Source of the DNA: Squalus acanthias
Lineage: Eukaryota
Reading direction: 5' to 3'
DNA: 64,000 bases
Assembly: GCA_030390025.1 (NCBI GenBank)
Contig: CM059431.1
Location: forward strand, 107,076,001-107,140,000
Shown here: one piece after another, positions 35,832 to 48,855 of the stretch
How the letters are laid out: each line of letters begins with the position of its first letter
Position numbering within the stretch: position 1 is the first letter of the stretch
Translations under genes and position numbers: made by a program
The notes under the pieces: model-generated
What the model saw: only the letters and a program-made list of their open reading frames with translations
The model's database searches: none
Told to the model about the DNA's origin: nothing

Positions 35832-36705
35832 TCTTCTCCCCCTTCTTCTCCTTCTCCCTCTTCTCCTTCTTCTTCTCCCTCTTCATCAACTTCGCCTTCT
35901 CCTTCTCCCTCTTCATCAACTTCGCCTTCTCCTTCTCCCTCTTCATCAACTTCGCCTTCTCCTTCTCCCTCTTCTCCTTCTTCTTCTCCCTCTTCTCTCG
36001 CTTCTCCTTCTTCTTCACCCTCTTCTCTTTCTCCCGCTTCTCCTTCTCTTCTCTCGCTTCTCCTTCTCTTCTCCCTCTTCTCCATCTCCCTCTTCCCCTT
36101 CTCCTTCTCCCTCTTCTCCTTCTCTTCTCCCTCTTCTCCTTCTCCCTCTTCCCCTTCTCTTCTCCCTCTTCTCCTTCTCCCTCTTCCCCTTTTCTTCTCC
36201 CTCTTCTACTTCTCCCTCTCCCCCTTCTCTTCTCCCTCTTCTCCTTCTCCCTCTTCTCCTTCTCTTCTCCCTCTTCTCCTTCTCCCTCTTCCCCTTCTCT
36301 TCTTCCTCTTCTCCTTCTCCCTCTTCCCCTTCTCTTCTCCCTCTTCTCCTTCTCCCTCTTCTCCTTCTCCCTCTTCTCCTTCTCCCTCTTCTCCTTCTCC
36401 CTCTCCTCCTTCTCCTTCTCTTCCCGTTCTCCTTCTCCTTCTCCCTCTTCTCATTCTCCCTCTCTTCCTTCTCTTTCTCCCTCTTCTCCTTCTCCTTCTT
36501 CTCCTTCTCCCTCTTCTCCTTCTCCCTCTCCTTCTTCTCCTTCTCTCTCCCTCTTCTCCTTCTCCCTTTCCTCCTTCTCCCTCTTCTCTTTCTCTTCTCC
36601 TTCTCCCTCTTCTTCTCCCTCCTCTCCTTCTCCTTTTCTCCCTCTTCTCTTCTCATTCTTCTCCTCTCCTTCACTTTTTCTTACTTCTTCTCTTTCTTCT
36701 CCTTC
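35832..36705. repeat. ~870-bp homopyrimidine/homopurine degenerate satellite
   Basis: Units such as ttctccctcttctcc; a 30-bp unit containing cttcatcaacttcgcc occurs three times at 35875-35965. Confidence 0.95.
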
Positions 36706-36899
36706 AACCATGATAATGACATTTTAATTGAGCAAAACATCCCAAGTGGCTTCACAAAAAAAGGAAGGAAAATCAACACCAAGCCAGAATTAGGAGAAAT
36801 GCTAGAAAAAGTGACTGGAGATCACTTTTATGAAGTTTGGTTAATGTCATAGGTTTTAATGAGACCATTTAAGGTAAAGAGAGTTCCAATACAGCGGAG

Positions 36900-37290
36900 A
36901 GGTTTAGTTACATCTAATTGCCTTTTAAAGAATTCATGGACTCTGCTTCCAGCTCACGAACAAATGGAAAGATTCTTTTGCCCTATCGCAACCCTTCATA
37001 ATATGAAGACCTCTATCAGGTCACCCTGAACCTTTTCAGCTGCAGAGAAAAAAGTCTTGATTTCTCAAGTTTTTTTCTTAACCTTTAGCAACATCCCAGT
37101 GAATCTACACTGCACATGTTTCAATGCTTTTATATCCCTCCTGTAATGAAGTGCCCAAAAGTGTACACCATACTCCGACTGTGGCCTAACTAAAGTATCG
37201 TACAAGTTCAATATTACCTCCCTGCATTCTATAGCGCTTGGTACAAAACCAAGGATTTAATTTGCTTTTATTTAATAGCCTTATCTACTT
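36900..37290 (-). mobile_element. Older CR1 fragment
   Basis: gacctctatcaggtcacc..gcccaaaagtgtacaccatactccgactgtggcctaac. Confidence 0.7.
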
Positions 37291-37726
37291 AAGAACGTAA
37301 AAAATAGGAGCAGGAGTCGGCCATTTGGCCCTTTGAGCCTGCTCCACCATTCAATAAGATCATGGCTGATCTTCTACCTCAACTCCACCTTCCCGCACTA
37401 TCCCCATATCCCTTGAGTCCCTTAATATTCAAAAATCTATCGATCTCTGTCTTGAATATACTCAACAAATGAACCTCCACAGCCCTCTGGGGTAGAGAAT
37501 TCCAAAGATTCACCACCCTCTGAGTGAAGAAATTTCTCCTCATCTCAGTCCTAAATGGCCGACCTCTTATTCTGAGACTGTGGCCCCTGGTTCTAGACAC
37601 CGCAGCCAGGGGAAACATCCTCCCAGCATCTACCTTGTCAAGACCCTTAAGAATGTTATATGTTTCAATGAGATCTCCTCACCTTCTTCTAAACTGTCGC
37701 GAACATAGGTCTAGTCTACTTAATCT
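37291..37726 (-). mobile_element. CR1 3' end
   Basis: SRTRGHSLRIRGRPFRTEMRRNFFTQRVVNLWNSLP. Confidence 0.93.
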
Positions 37727-37793
37727 TGCAATGCCAGCTCATGGATTAGCACACCAAGGTCCTTCTACTCCCCGACTCCATTTAAAAACTTAA

Positions 37794-38055
37794 GGGCTGG
37801 ATTTTGATACTGGGGCAGGTTGGGGTCGTGTCATCCGCTTTTCGTGTTATCCACCTGACTGCAATTGGATGTGGGAGATTGATGCAATTTTCACCTAATT
37901 GGGCAATTGAGTTCCAGTATGTGGGAACCCATGAACCAATTAGTGGTTTCAGTCTGAAAGTCGCCTCTGATGATGTCATCATTGCTGCTGCATTGCAATT
38001 CAGAGATTGTCTGCCCTTTGCTGTGAGAGGATGCAAAATGAGCAGCAGCTCTAAG

Positions 38056-38087
<32 letters not shown>

Positions 38088-38532
38088 TTTGCATCCAGGT
38101 CCTCTCACAGCAAAGGCCAGGCAGTCCCTGAAGACCTCCAATGCAGCAGCATCAGAGGTGACTTTCAGACCTACTAATACTACTACCTTCATCAGATCTC
38201 CGTTGTAATAGTGGACCTGCAGCTGATAGTAAGTTATTCCACCAGGTTTCACAATCGTGGTTCAGAACAGGCGTGCTTCACGTAGATCAAGGGTTAAAAT
38301 CACAAAGGCCTTTCAAAATGGCATTATAGAGCCAATTTAGTGCTTGTAAAGGGCCTTAACAGCCTATCCCGCCTCTTAAAGGCGGGACAGAGTCGGGACC
38401 AGCAGACACGATTTAATGAAAATTGCGTGGAGGCGGGATGGAGGCGGACTTCTGCCCGCCCGCCAGTTTTCGCAATTTTAACCCCCCACACGCCTCCAAA
38501 CCCGCCTCCATGGGTCAATGAAAATCCAGCCC
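37794..38532. mobile_element. MITE (possibly composite) with internal hairpin around (GA)n
   Basis: TTAA|gggctggatttt...aaaatccagccc|TTAA; perfect 12-bp TIRs. Confidence 0.78.
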
Positions 38533-38554
38533 TTAATATTTAAGGTGTCCTTCC

Positions 38555-39540
38555 TTTCCTCTTTTTACTTCCAAAATGTATTACTTGACATTTCTCAACT
38601 TTGAGCTGCATCTGTCACCTATCAGCCCATCCTGCGAGCCGATCTGGGGAGTCTAGAACTGGGGGTCACAGTCTCAGGATAAGGGCGTTGGCCATTTAGG
38701 ACTGAGATAGGGAAAAATGTCTTCACTCAGAGGGTGGTGAATCTTTGGAATTCTCTACCCCAGAGAGCTGTTGAGGCTCAGTCGTTGAGTATATTCAAGA
38801 CAGAGATTGAAAGATTTTTGGATATTAAGGGAATCAAGGGATATGGGGATAGTTCAGGAAAGTGGAGTTGAGGTAGAAGATCAGCCATGATCCTATTGAA
38901 TGGCAGAGCAGGCTCGAAGGGCCGAATGGCCTACTCCTGCTCCTATTTCTTATGATCTATCAATCCTGCAGTCTTTCACATTCCTTGCCATACCTCTCAA
39001 TTTGGTGTCATCAGCAAATTTCAATATACATAAGAATGTCAGCAGCATAGACTGCTTTAGAACATCATTGTCCACATTGTTCCAGATCAAGCAGCTTCCC
39101 TTTACCCCTACCCTTCGGTTTTTGCGACCCCAATTATTGTTACTCCATGCAGCCACATTCCCTTAATTCCATGTGCCATTACCTTTACCAGTGGTATTTT
39201 ACATGGTGCCTTGCTTAAAATCCACTTGAAGCATATTTACTGCAGGTTAGTAAAGCATTACCTGCCCATTGGAAATCTGACCCTGATAATCTCCTGTTTC
39301 TCCAGGTGTTTAGTAATTTCATCCCAGATTAAAGACTTTCGTAGTTTACCAACAACTAAAATAAGACTAATGGGCCAATAATTTCTTGTTGCTTTTTTGC
39401 AGGAGGTCTTACATTTGCCACCCGCCAGTCCTCTGACACAATTTTCTTTTTCTGTAGAAGTTTTAATAAATTATAGTCCGATCCTCCGCTATTTCTTCCC
39501 CAGCTTCCCTCAGAATGGATTTGTCTGAAAGTTTGAGGTC
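38555..39540 (-). mobile_element. Old CR1 RT fragment, interrupted by a younger CR1
   Basis: KFADDTKL on minus at about 38998-39022; acatttgcca..ccagtcctc further along. Confidence 0.7.
38642..38955 (+). mobile_element. CR1 3' end
   Basis: Inverted relative of 37300-37600. Confidence 0.9.
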
Positions 39541-39654
39541 TTTCTTTAGTAGTATTTCTGTTTGAATGATGATCTTCACTAAGAGAGAATTCCAGATTGC
39601 AGGGCTGTAATGATGATAGGCTCTGCGATTTATAATTTTATAAAGGAATTTACA

Positions 39655-39925
39655 GAAGAGAATGCAACATAACGTTTATTGGGAAACAATTGCGTTAAAC
39701 TTTTATAATGAAAGAAGGATTCTTTGACAGAATTCAACAACCTGACATCTAAGGGCTGATTCGGTGATCCCACATTCCCAACGAACACATCCCAAGTGCG
39801 CTCACGATTGTCCATCCGTTCACGGTTTCTCGTGAAGCGCTTCCTGTGAACGCGGGATCCTGCCGGCGGTGTGGAACTTTCCTTCAGGTCTTTTCATTCA
39901 AAGCAGCCTGAGTGAGACTGTAAAC
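39655..39925 (-). other. Candidate host 3'-terminal exon
   Basis: Minus strand: acceptor ttttttttaaacag, phase-0 reading VYSLTQAALNEKT-stop, CpG-retaining unique sequence, AATAAA (39680-39675) then a GU-rich stretch. Confidence 0.35.
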
Positions 39926-40313
39926 CTGTTTAAAAAAAATATTGAAATTAACCTCATGAGTAATTTTTATTCTTTTTAAAAACATTATAGGTGCTGCAAT
40001 TTTATAATGCAGTAAGATCATACAGCCTACTGCGGTCTGTAATGAATAATTAATTTCTTCAATACATTTCAGTAGCTTAACTTTAATTGGTGTGGTGTTC
40101 TGCATTTGAGCTTATTTAACTCTTCTGCTCTGATGCTAAGTCCAAGTGTCGTGTAGCAAGTTTGCCTGACCTGACTTGGTAATTGCGAAGCTACCCACTA
40201 TACAGACTGTAACAAAGACACTGGGGGCAAGTTTCCGTTTCTTTCCGCTAGTTTTTGCACCCAGACTCCAGCGCATACTGGGCGGAATCGACCGAACCAG
40301 CACAAATGATCGG

Positions 40314-40779
40314 GGAATTTACTAGAATGGTACCAGGTATGTGGGACTTCAGTTACCTGGAGAGACTAGAGAAACTGAGGGTGTTCTCCTTAGAGCAGGG
40401 AAGGTTGAGGGGAGATTTGATAGAGGTGTTCGAAATCATGAAGGGTTTTGAAAGAGTAAATAAGGAAAAACCGTGACAAAAAAAAAACCAGAGGACACAG
40501 ATTTTAGGTGTTGACAAAAGAACCAGAGGCGAGATAAGGAGATTTTTTTACGCAGCGAGTTGCTATGACCTGGAATGCGCTGCCTCAAAGGGCGGTGGAA
40601 GCAGATTCAATAATAACTTTCAAAAGGGAATTGGATAAATACTTGAAGGAGAAAAAATTGCAGGGCTATGAGGAAAAAGCAGGGGGAGTGGGACTAATTG
40701 GAGAGCTCTTTCAAAGAGTCGGCACAGGCACAATGGGCTGAATGGCCTCCTTCTGTGCTGTATCATTCAATGATTCTGT
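40314..40779 (+). mobile_element. CR1 3' fragment
   Basis: FTRMVPGM..SYLERLEKL..FSLEQGRLRGDLIEV. Confidence 0.9.
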
Positions 40780-41468
40780 GGGGGAGAAATTCGATATCGC
40801 CAGGCGCAAATGTTTTTCAACTTTAAAAAATTTTCGGTGTTTGCGCTCTGGGAAGGAGATGGAGCGCTAAATCAAGCGTTCCACTTCCTTTCTGGAGCAC
40901 AACAGGCAGCAGGCGGGGCGGTAGGAGAGCAGCGCTGCACAATGGGCCGTGCAGCACTGCCGCGTTGGAAGGCTCCTTCCCTCCGTTAAAGGGAAGGGCC
41001 ATCGCTGCAGGTTCTGCGACGACAGCCACGATCTGGCCCGATCAGCCCGATGCACTGCATCAGAGTGCCGGCCAGGATGATCGATCGCTGGAGAAGACAA
41101 AGGGAAAAAAAAGAGAAAGAGCATTTCAGAATTTTTTCCACTTACCTCGGCCACCTGGCCTTTAAGTATTGACGCCCGAAGCGCCCGGCCTCCCGATGAA
41201 CGCCTCCTGCAGCTGCCGGTGTTTGCGCCCGGCGATGCTGCAGGGGGCGGAACCGAAGTTTGGGTCCCGGGCGCTACCGGGGCGATGCGCACGGCGATGA
41301 TGTCACGATCTGCGGGCGAAGGAGATCGAGGCGCAACGCCATACCGCTGCCACAAACCCCCCACCGAATATAGCAGGAGTCGTTTCTCTCGCTGCGCCCG
41401 ATCAGTAAGTGCTTAGCGCCCCGTTATCGCCCCCCCGGAGGCGCTAACAGGAGGACAATTTCTAGGCC
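40780..41468. mobile_element. GGCGC-rich MITE in a CR1 tail
   Basis: TGT|gggggagaaatt...aatttctaggcc|TAT; family of 9291-10157. Confidence 0.8.
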
Positions 41469-41882
41469 TATAAATCTAATTTAAAACATAAATGAGTTGT
41501 GAACAAAACTAATGTACCTAGTAAATGGTTCTGTATTGTTTTTTAAAGTCATTTTCAGTTATTTAAAATCGGATTACTCACAGGTGGTGGACTAGACACT
41601 CTGATTAAAAATGATTATTTTTTGGTGATAAACCCATTTTCAGCTGTATTAATCAAACTTTACCAGGTTACCGCTCTTAAATATATCAAGGAATATTTTT
41701 TAATGCAAATTTAAAAAAAATTTCCGTCCTAAAATGCTGCCTGAATGCGCTGGTTCATGGAAGATTTTACGTTCAGTGATATGCAAATGTCTTTGAGCGG
41801 AAACTTGAGTTAAAAAAGAAACACTTCTTAAAACTAACGCAATTTTGAGCGAAATTTACTCTGAAAGAGGAATCTCTTGGCC

Positions 41883-42080
41883 GTTATGATCTGGAATGAA
41901 TTGCCTGAAAGGGTGATGGAAGCAGTTTCAATATTAACGTTCTAATGGGAGTTGGATATCTGCTTGAAAAGGCAAAATTTGCGGGGCTATGGGGAAAGAG
42001 CGGGGGACTGGGACGAATTGGATAGCTCTTTCAAAAAGCCGAATGGCCTCCTTTTGTGCTGTATGATTCTATGATTTTAT
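41883..42080 (+). mobile_element. CR1 3' end
   Basis: gttatgatctggaatg..gcctgaaaggg..gaatggcctcc..(tatgattc)n. Confidence 0.85.
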
Positions 42081-42711
42081 ACTGTCCTGACTGATTAGTA
42101 TACTCGCTTTACCAACCACTGGTGCGGAAGGGGTAGAAAGAGCCTCAGAGTCTATAACAGCAGAGAAATTGGCCTTGAATACCTTTCTGACATTAAGTAA
42201 TGCAGGTTTGATCACTGCTAAGCTCTGGTCTCCAGACTGAGAGCTTGACTTGTCTTCTCATTTGACCCAGCATCCTTGAAAATAACTGAAGAAGCACAGT
42301 CGAGTGTTGAACTGCAGCACAGGTCTCCAGATCTCAGAGGGAAGCCTTGTATTGGGGATTAGTCTTGAATCAGAACACTTGGCATTTGTTACTTGGATCT
42401 TGGCTGGACAGCAAGCCTGGTTAAGATGATAACACCCTTTGCTTCTACTCTTTTCAGAATTCTATCCACAAGACGTCTGGATGTGACAGGGTTATGCACT
42501 GTTGGGGCTAAAACAGGAGAGGAGATGGGAACTAGTTAGGGAAATGTTCCTTTTCACTGTCTGATTTCTGACACACTGACATGCAGTTCTAATTCTTCTG
42601 GAGTCGGCGAGCTCCAGATTGCATATTTCCCTGTCACTGCCCTTGGGTTACAACAAGACAGTTAAATACAAGTGAAGAATTCAAGGGGATTAGTTGGGAT
42701 TTCTCATAAAT

Positions 42712-43155
42712 GTGTCAGCTCTGGCTGAGTGGGTAGCACCCTCACCTCTGAGTCAGAAGGTTGTGGGGTCACAGTCCCACTCCAGAGACTTGAGCACAAA
42801 AAGCTAGGTTAATGCTCCAGTGCAGTGCTGAGGGAGTGCTGCACTGTCGGAGGTGCCGTCTTTCGGATGAGGCATTAAACCAAGGCTTCATCTGCTCTCT
42901 CAGGTGGACATAAAAGATCCTACGGCACTATTTCGAAGAAGAGCAGGAGAGTTCTCCCCGGTGTCCTGGCCAATATTTATCCCTCAATCAACATCACAAA
43001 AAAAGATTATCTGGTCATTATCACATTGCTGTTTGTGGGACCTTGCTGTGTGCAAATTGGCTGGCTCGTTTCCTACATTAATAAGGTGACTACACTTCAA
43101 AACTACTTAATTGGCTGTGAAAAGTGCTATAGAAATGCAAGACTTACTTTCTTTA
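42712..43155 (+). mobile_element. Full-length Deu-SINE
   Basis: tggctgagtgggtagcac head, Deu core, tail atagaaatgcaag. Confidence 0.92.
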
Positions 43156-43274
43156 CATTCCTGATTGGTGAGGATCTCATTAACTGAGGTTGGCGATTTG
43201 CAATCCATTTTGATTTTGCTATTTAAATGTCTAATAGAGTGTCCAGGTAAAAGCATCTCAGTTTTCTCAGTTTA

Positions 43275-43495
43275 CTCGCTCAGCAGAAAGCTGGCGGGAG
43301 GGCAGTTAAAATTGCCCTGGCTCTTACCTCTCCGAAAGTCATCTGCAATTTTAAGCTGCTCTCCTGAGCAGGCAGCAAGGACACATGCCCAGAGCCAACA
43401 GGGTCCATCTTTACATCTGCATGTTATGGCCCGATGACATCATTGAGACCCGACTGTAATTTTAACTCAGACCTGAGCGGGGAATCTACCGAGTT
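43275..43495. mobile_element. MITE fragment, inverted copy of 30910-31184
   Basis: gagcaggcagcaaggacacatgccc..gatgacatcattgagacccgactgtaattttaactcag. Confidence 0.8.
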
Positions 43496-45649
43496 TCCAA
43501 ATGTGCTTGCAGCATTCCAAAAATCAATGTTTAAGAACTAAAATAATATCCCTGAAAGGGAGCAGAACCTCTGTAATAAGAGATAAAAGTTTATTTTCCT
43601 TTGTCCCAGGAATCTGAAGCTGGATAACCAAGTCAGTGTTAGGTGGCTGACTCATTAGTAAGAGATCTGATATTCTATTGCAAAGGTGGGAATTAATAAC
43701 TTTCAGAAAAATGACTTAATGATGCAAACTGTCGCTTGCTATTAAAATCACGTCAGAAACAGAAGGTCAGGGAGACAGCCAGGGGTAGACGGAAATATTT
43801 CCCCTTTACCACAGCATGCAGTCATCATGGACCCCACTAAGGGACAATGGTAAACTCGCAGCATGTGGAATAAACTGAGCAGAGCTGTGGCAAGCCTCTA
43901 ATGATTTAGAAAATGTAAGCAGGTCTCATAAGATGTTTATTAAACTCAGAGAAACCAAGCTTACAGAAACTGATCAAGCAAAAGCTCAGGAACTGATCCT
44001 CACGACTGACAGAAAAAGGTTCTTGAATTTAATAAGACTTTTCGGATCACGGTGAGATGGAGGAACTGACGAGATTTAAAGGTAGAACTTTTACTTTTTA
44101 TGTGTGCATTGTGATGTACAGAGTGAACTGTAGACATAGCAGTTTATTCATGGGTAGCCACAGTGAGGAGATTGGATTCTTCTTCAGCTCCCTGCTCAGT
44201 GTATAAACCATGTTGCTATTATGTTGTTTAATCATCTTTTCAGAGAAAGTTGGGGGCTCCCATTACTTTAGAAACACTGTGCCAGTTTAGTAAGGGACAG
44301 GTTTGTATTTGAAAATCTTCCCTGCTCCTGCTTCAATAGGTTTAGTTGAATCTTGGCTTCAAAACTTATTTAGACACAACAGAAAATACAAAACAGTGTT
44401 TTGCTAATTCAGAGGTGACAGCGATGGAGGCTACCTAGTGGGCTTAAAGAGTTAACAAGCAAATGATTATTAAACAACACACTGGTACTAATTGCATCCC
44501 CTGACAAAATGTGTTGAAATTCAGAAACGCTTATCTTAGTTATACAGCTTTATTACTTCATTAGCATGTTTATGGAAGGAGTTCAGTTCTGCTGAGTGAG
44601 CCATAAAAGAGTGAAGTTTAAAAGACAGAATCCCTTTTTGCTTATCTCAGCTTACTTAAAAAGGCTTCAAGGTTATATTTTAATAAATTAAATCAAAGCC
44701 TAATACTGTGAAAGATAGAAGGCTTTTTGCAAGCGCGTGGAAATTGCTGTAACTACTGAATATAGTTAGGAGAATGATGCAACAGCACAGTCCAGCTTTC
44801 AGGTGATGAAAATTGCTTATTAGAAATGCTGTACCATGCACGGTACAACCTGCTGCTGTAATAGTAATCCAGGGGGGTCACAGTGTTATTCAGATTTGCT
44901 GACTTCAGTTGTGGTGGATTGCTTCATGATAGTGGAGAACTTAAGCGGGGGGCGGGGAGAGATGGGAAGAGAGAGACTAACCTGAGGTCGACCATGCCTC
45001 TCCCATTGATGTTATATCCGTTGCCTGCCTATTAGGGAATAGCACTCCAGGTGGGCATGAAAAAGTTTCCAACCTGGGCTCTTTATTTATGAAGCAGTCT
45101 GTAAAGTGAAGTGAGGAACACGCTGCAGTCTCCACTGAGGCCTGTTATACTGAACTAAAATGTATTCTTTGTTGAAATTTGATGGGATGTTGTAAAGGCT
45201 CCTGATTTGAATTTCCCACAACCTTTAAACTATGAAGTCAGAAGAAGCAAAAAAAAACACAATGTAAACTGGCATTAGAGTGCAATGATAAAAGTTTTTT
45301 TTCAGATTATCTGAAATATGACCTATCTTAATTCTATTTATGCAAGTGCATTGATAATAAATATTTACCTGAGAGTAATTATTGAGCATGTATTTAGCAT
45401 AGTGAAGGTGAAACATATCGACCTAGAAATTACTAGCGCAATATTAGCGGACAGAGAATTAACACATTCATGTGACATTCATTCCACCGTCTGTTTTCTT
45501 TAATGAAAGCATTACACATTTAAGTTGAACGTGTTAACACAGCCTGCACTAAAACAGAAGGCAGAAGAATGCTGCGGAAATGCATTAAGCTTTCGTCTGC
45601 TGATATTGGAACTCATAATTCTAGAAGATATACGTTGGGCACCTACTGA

Positions 45650-46680
45650 ATACATTTCTTCTCCAGATATTCTCTTTTCTTCTGAACGCATTGACTTATG
45701 CTGCAATATGGTGCCGTATAGCTGCCCTCTCGTGCTTCATGCATAAGCCGAGACAATGAAGGGTCGATTTTAACTGGGGGGGGGGGGCGCGTACGGGACA
45801 GGCGGAGGTGTGGGCGGCAGGAAAACCACGTCACCCCCACAGGGATCTCAGTGTGAGGCCATTTTAACGACCGGGCCTCATTGAAATAAACTGGGACAGT
45901 CTCCCTCCCGAAACCCGCAGGACTGACATCAGGGCCGGTGGGCGGGCGGGAGCGGGAAGTCGGGTCGGGAGCCTCAGGAGGCCGGGGACCTGCAGGAACG
46001 GTCCTCTGCATAAAGTTAACGCTGGGCGATGGCTTTGGCAGCCGATGCCATTGCGGAGAGGTGGAAGCTAGGCTGGGGCATGTGGATGACCAATGACTCC
46101 TTGCCGTGCCTGGGCGGGGGGGGGATTGGGGGTGGGGAGGTGGAGCCCCTCTTGGTCCTCATGGCCCACGAGGATTTCACAGAAAGGTAATTTTTGAAAC
46201 TTACCTTGGCTCTGGTTCGGCTGTCGGCGTTGGCCTTGTGTGAGCCTCAAGAATCCAGAAGTTAAGATGCCGTCATTTACATTTACTTTTACATGTAAGT
46301 TAAGCCCTCGCTTGCCTACAGTGGGAACGGAGTGACCTCAGGCCAGTAAGTGTACTCGGTCTGATCACAACTCCTCTCATGCACCATTCTCGCTGGTCAG
46401 GCAGGGTTACAATCGACCCCTCGAGTGTCAGTCGGCTCTCTCACTTGTCGGGGATGGGGGAGTAATGACATTTTTGAACTCAGTCCTGTCCTTGCTTGAT
46501 GTCCGCATGCGAGCAGTTTCCAGCAGCATTAATTGAAGAGTGATCGGGAGTGGGAACCGTGGCTGATTTCCCTCCACCTCGCCCAAGAGTATCAAAGTGT
46601 TAACCCCTGTCAGCACCCCAGCTAAGATCAGTTAACCCCACATTGACTGGGGATTCAGCCTGTGAACTTTCCTGCTCAGA
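45650..46680 (-). mobile_element. AmnSINE2-like SINE split by a MITE
   Basis: cttcatgcataagccgagacaatga / gtgtcagtcggct..gggaaccgtggctgatttccc..gctaagatcagttaac. Confidence 0.65.
45760..46421. mobile_element. G-rich Harbinger-type MITE
   Basis: TGA|agggtcgattttaac...gttacaatcgacccct|CGA. Confidence 0.8.
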
Positions 46681-47044
46681 TGCACACTCAGAAGCAATCG
46701 TAAAAACCGAGCTACAGATGCAATATTTATCCAAATAGGTGGATCTGAGCAAGCATTGCATAATTATCTTGTCCAGTAGGTTCCTGACATATTTTCCTAT
46801 ATCGTGGACACAAACAGAAAATAATTAAAATAACTTTTTGAAATATTAGTCCAAGGAGGCAGACTTACTGAAGATTAAGTCGATGTAGCATTGAGAGTCA
46901 AATTCCAAAGAACAAAAGAGTTTTTTCAGCGGAAAATGGGTATCCAGGTATCTGACCTATGCAGAAACCATTTGTCCTATTTAAGAGTTTATAATTCAAG
47001 CTACTGAGAAATCTACAATTACCTTTCAGTGTTTTGTTTGCCCA

Positions 47045-48070
47045 GTGATCGTAATAGCATCAGGTCGAGAATAGTTATTTAAAAGGACAAAAGTACAATC
47101 AAGTGTAAAAATATTTAACTGGTGGAAGGTTAACTTCAGTGAGTTGAAAAGGGATCTGGCCCAGGTGGACTGGAATCCAAAATTGGTAGGAAAAACAGTA
47201 ACTGAACAATGGGAGACCTTCAAAGAGGAGATGGTTCAGGTACAGTGTAGACACAGTCTCCTGAGAGGGAAAGGAAGGGCATCCAAAGCTAGAGCTCCCT
47301 AGATGACTAAAGATATAGAGGTTAAAATGAGACTGAAAAAGGAAGCTTATGACAATTGTAAGGTTCATAATACAGTAGAGAACCAAGCTAAATATAGAAA
47401 GTACAGAGGAGATCTAAAACAGGGAATAAGAGGGACAAAGAGAGGGTATGAGAATAGATTAGCGGCTAAAATAAATGGGAATCCAAAAGGCTTTATAAAC
47501 ACATAAATAGTAAAAGGGTAGTCAAAGGAAGGGTGAGGCCAATTAGGGACCAAAAAGGAGATCTTCTTGTGGAGGCAGAGGTCATGGCTGAGGTAATAAA
47601 TGAGTACTTTGCATCTGTCTACATCCTAGGATGCATCCTAGGTTTTGATGGAAGTAAGGGTGGAAATTGTGGAGGCTCTGGCCACAATCTTCCAATCCTC
47701 CTTGGATATGGGAGTAGTGCCAGAGGACTGGAAGATTGCAAATGTTACACCCCTGTTCAAAAAAGGGGAGAGGTAACTATAGGCCAGTCAGCCTAACGTC
47801 GGCAGGTGGAGAAACTTTTTGGGATAGTATTCCGGGACAAAATTAATTGGCATTTAGAAAAGTATGGGCTAATAAATGAAAGTCAGCACGGATTTGCTAA
47901 AGGCAAATCGTGTTTGACTAACTTGATAGAGTTCTTTGATGAAGTAACGGAGAAGGTTGATGAGGGTAATGCGGTTGATGTTGTGTATATGGACTTTCAA
48001 AAGCTGTTTGAAAAAGTACCACAGAATAGACTTGTTAGCAAAATAAAAGCGCATGAGATTAAAGGGACAA
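47045..48070 (+). mobile_element. CR1 ORF2 internal fragment with deletions
   Basis: SQHGFAKGKSCLTNLIEFFDEVT..VDVVYMDFQK. Confidence 0.92.
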
Positions 48071-48159
48071 CAATAAAATTCAAGAGCATTGGATAAAAAG
48101 TTGATGGGAAAAAAAATCACAGGGCGATGGAGAATTCAAGGTGGGAGCGCCGACTCCAT

Positions 48160-48245
48160 TCGCCAGGACTGTCTGGAGTGGGGTTTGAACCCTGGCACCT
48201 TCTGGCCCAGAGGAGGGAATGCTGCCACTGCACTAAAGGCTCACT
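48160..48245 (-). mobile_element. tRNA-derived SINE head
   Basis: Minus: tagtgcagtggcagcattccctcctctgggccagaagg..gggttcaaaccc (A and B boxes). Confidence 0.6.
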
Positions 48246-48757
48246 CCCTGTCTAACCAGCTAAAAGCATGCAATATATCAATGTTATGCTTCCAACTGCT
48301 TGCCTGGTTTGGCCTGCAGAGTGAGTTGGAGCTGAGTGGGAAAGTTCCCAGCCACCAGTGATAGGTCTACCCTCCAGTTTCCAAGGTACCAGAGTACTTG
48401 GTCAGTCATCAACAATGCCTTAGATTACTACTGAACTGCTTGGCTCAGGCATTTGATAAACATGTTTGCCATGGACAGTTGAGCTTCCTTTGCCAGGGGT
48501 TGTCATCTTGAAGCCACCTTAACTCCCAAGAGACACCACTTGATTTTATGGAGGATCGTTGCTAGTTGGTGAGGCTGAGTCATGACAACTGATGTGCAGA
48601 ACTCCTCCTGGGCACACGGAGAGCAGCATAACTCATCCTAAAAAGTGTGAGTATATTGCCACCCTCCACCTGACCACAGCATGGACCTACACTATACCCC
48701 ACTGAATAGTGATTAGATCAGTTGGAGCTGCTTGCCTCTTTGCAACCCAGTCAGGAA

Positions 48758-48855
48758 CCAAGAGGGAGTTGAGGAGAAGTTTATTTACACAGCGAGTTGT
48801 TATGATCTAGAATGCACTGCCTGAAAGGGTGGTGGGTGCAGATTTATTGGTAACT
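48758..48855 (+). mobile_element. CR1 short fragment
   Basis: cagcgagttgttatgatctagaatgcactgcctgaaagggtgg. Confidence 0.75.

Noticed and set aside
35713..36852. Long ORFs of 375, 305 and 219 aa
   Set aside because: Open only because the CT/GA satellite lacks stop codons; translations are low complexity.
40223..41882. Possible outer MITE enclosing the CR1 and the 40780 MITE
   Set aside because: TIR match is weak and no TSD was found.
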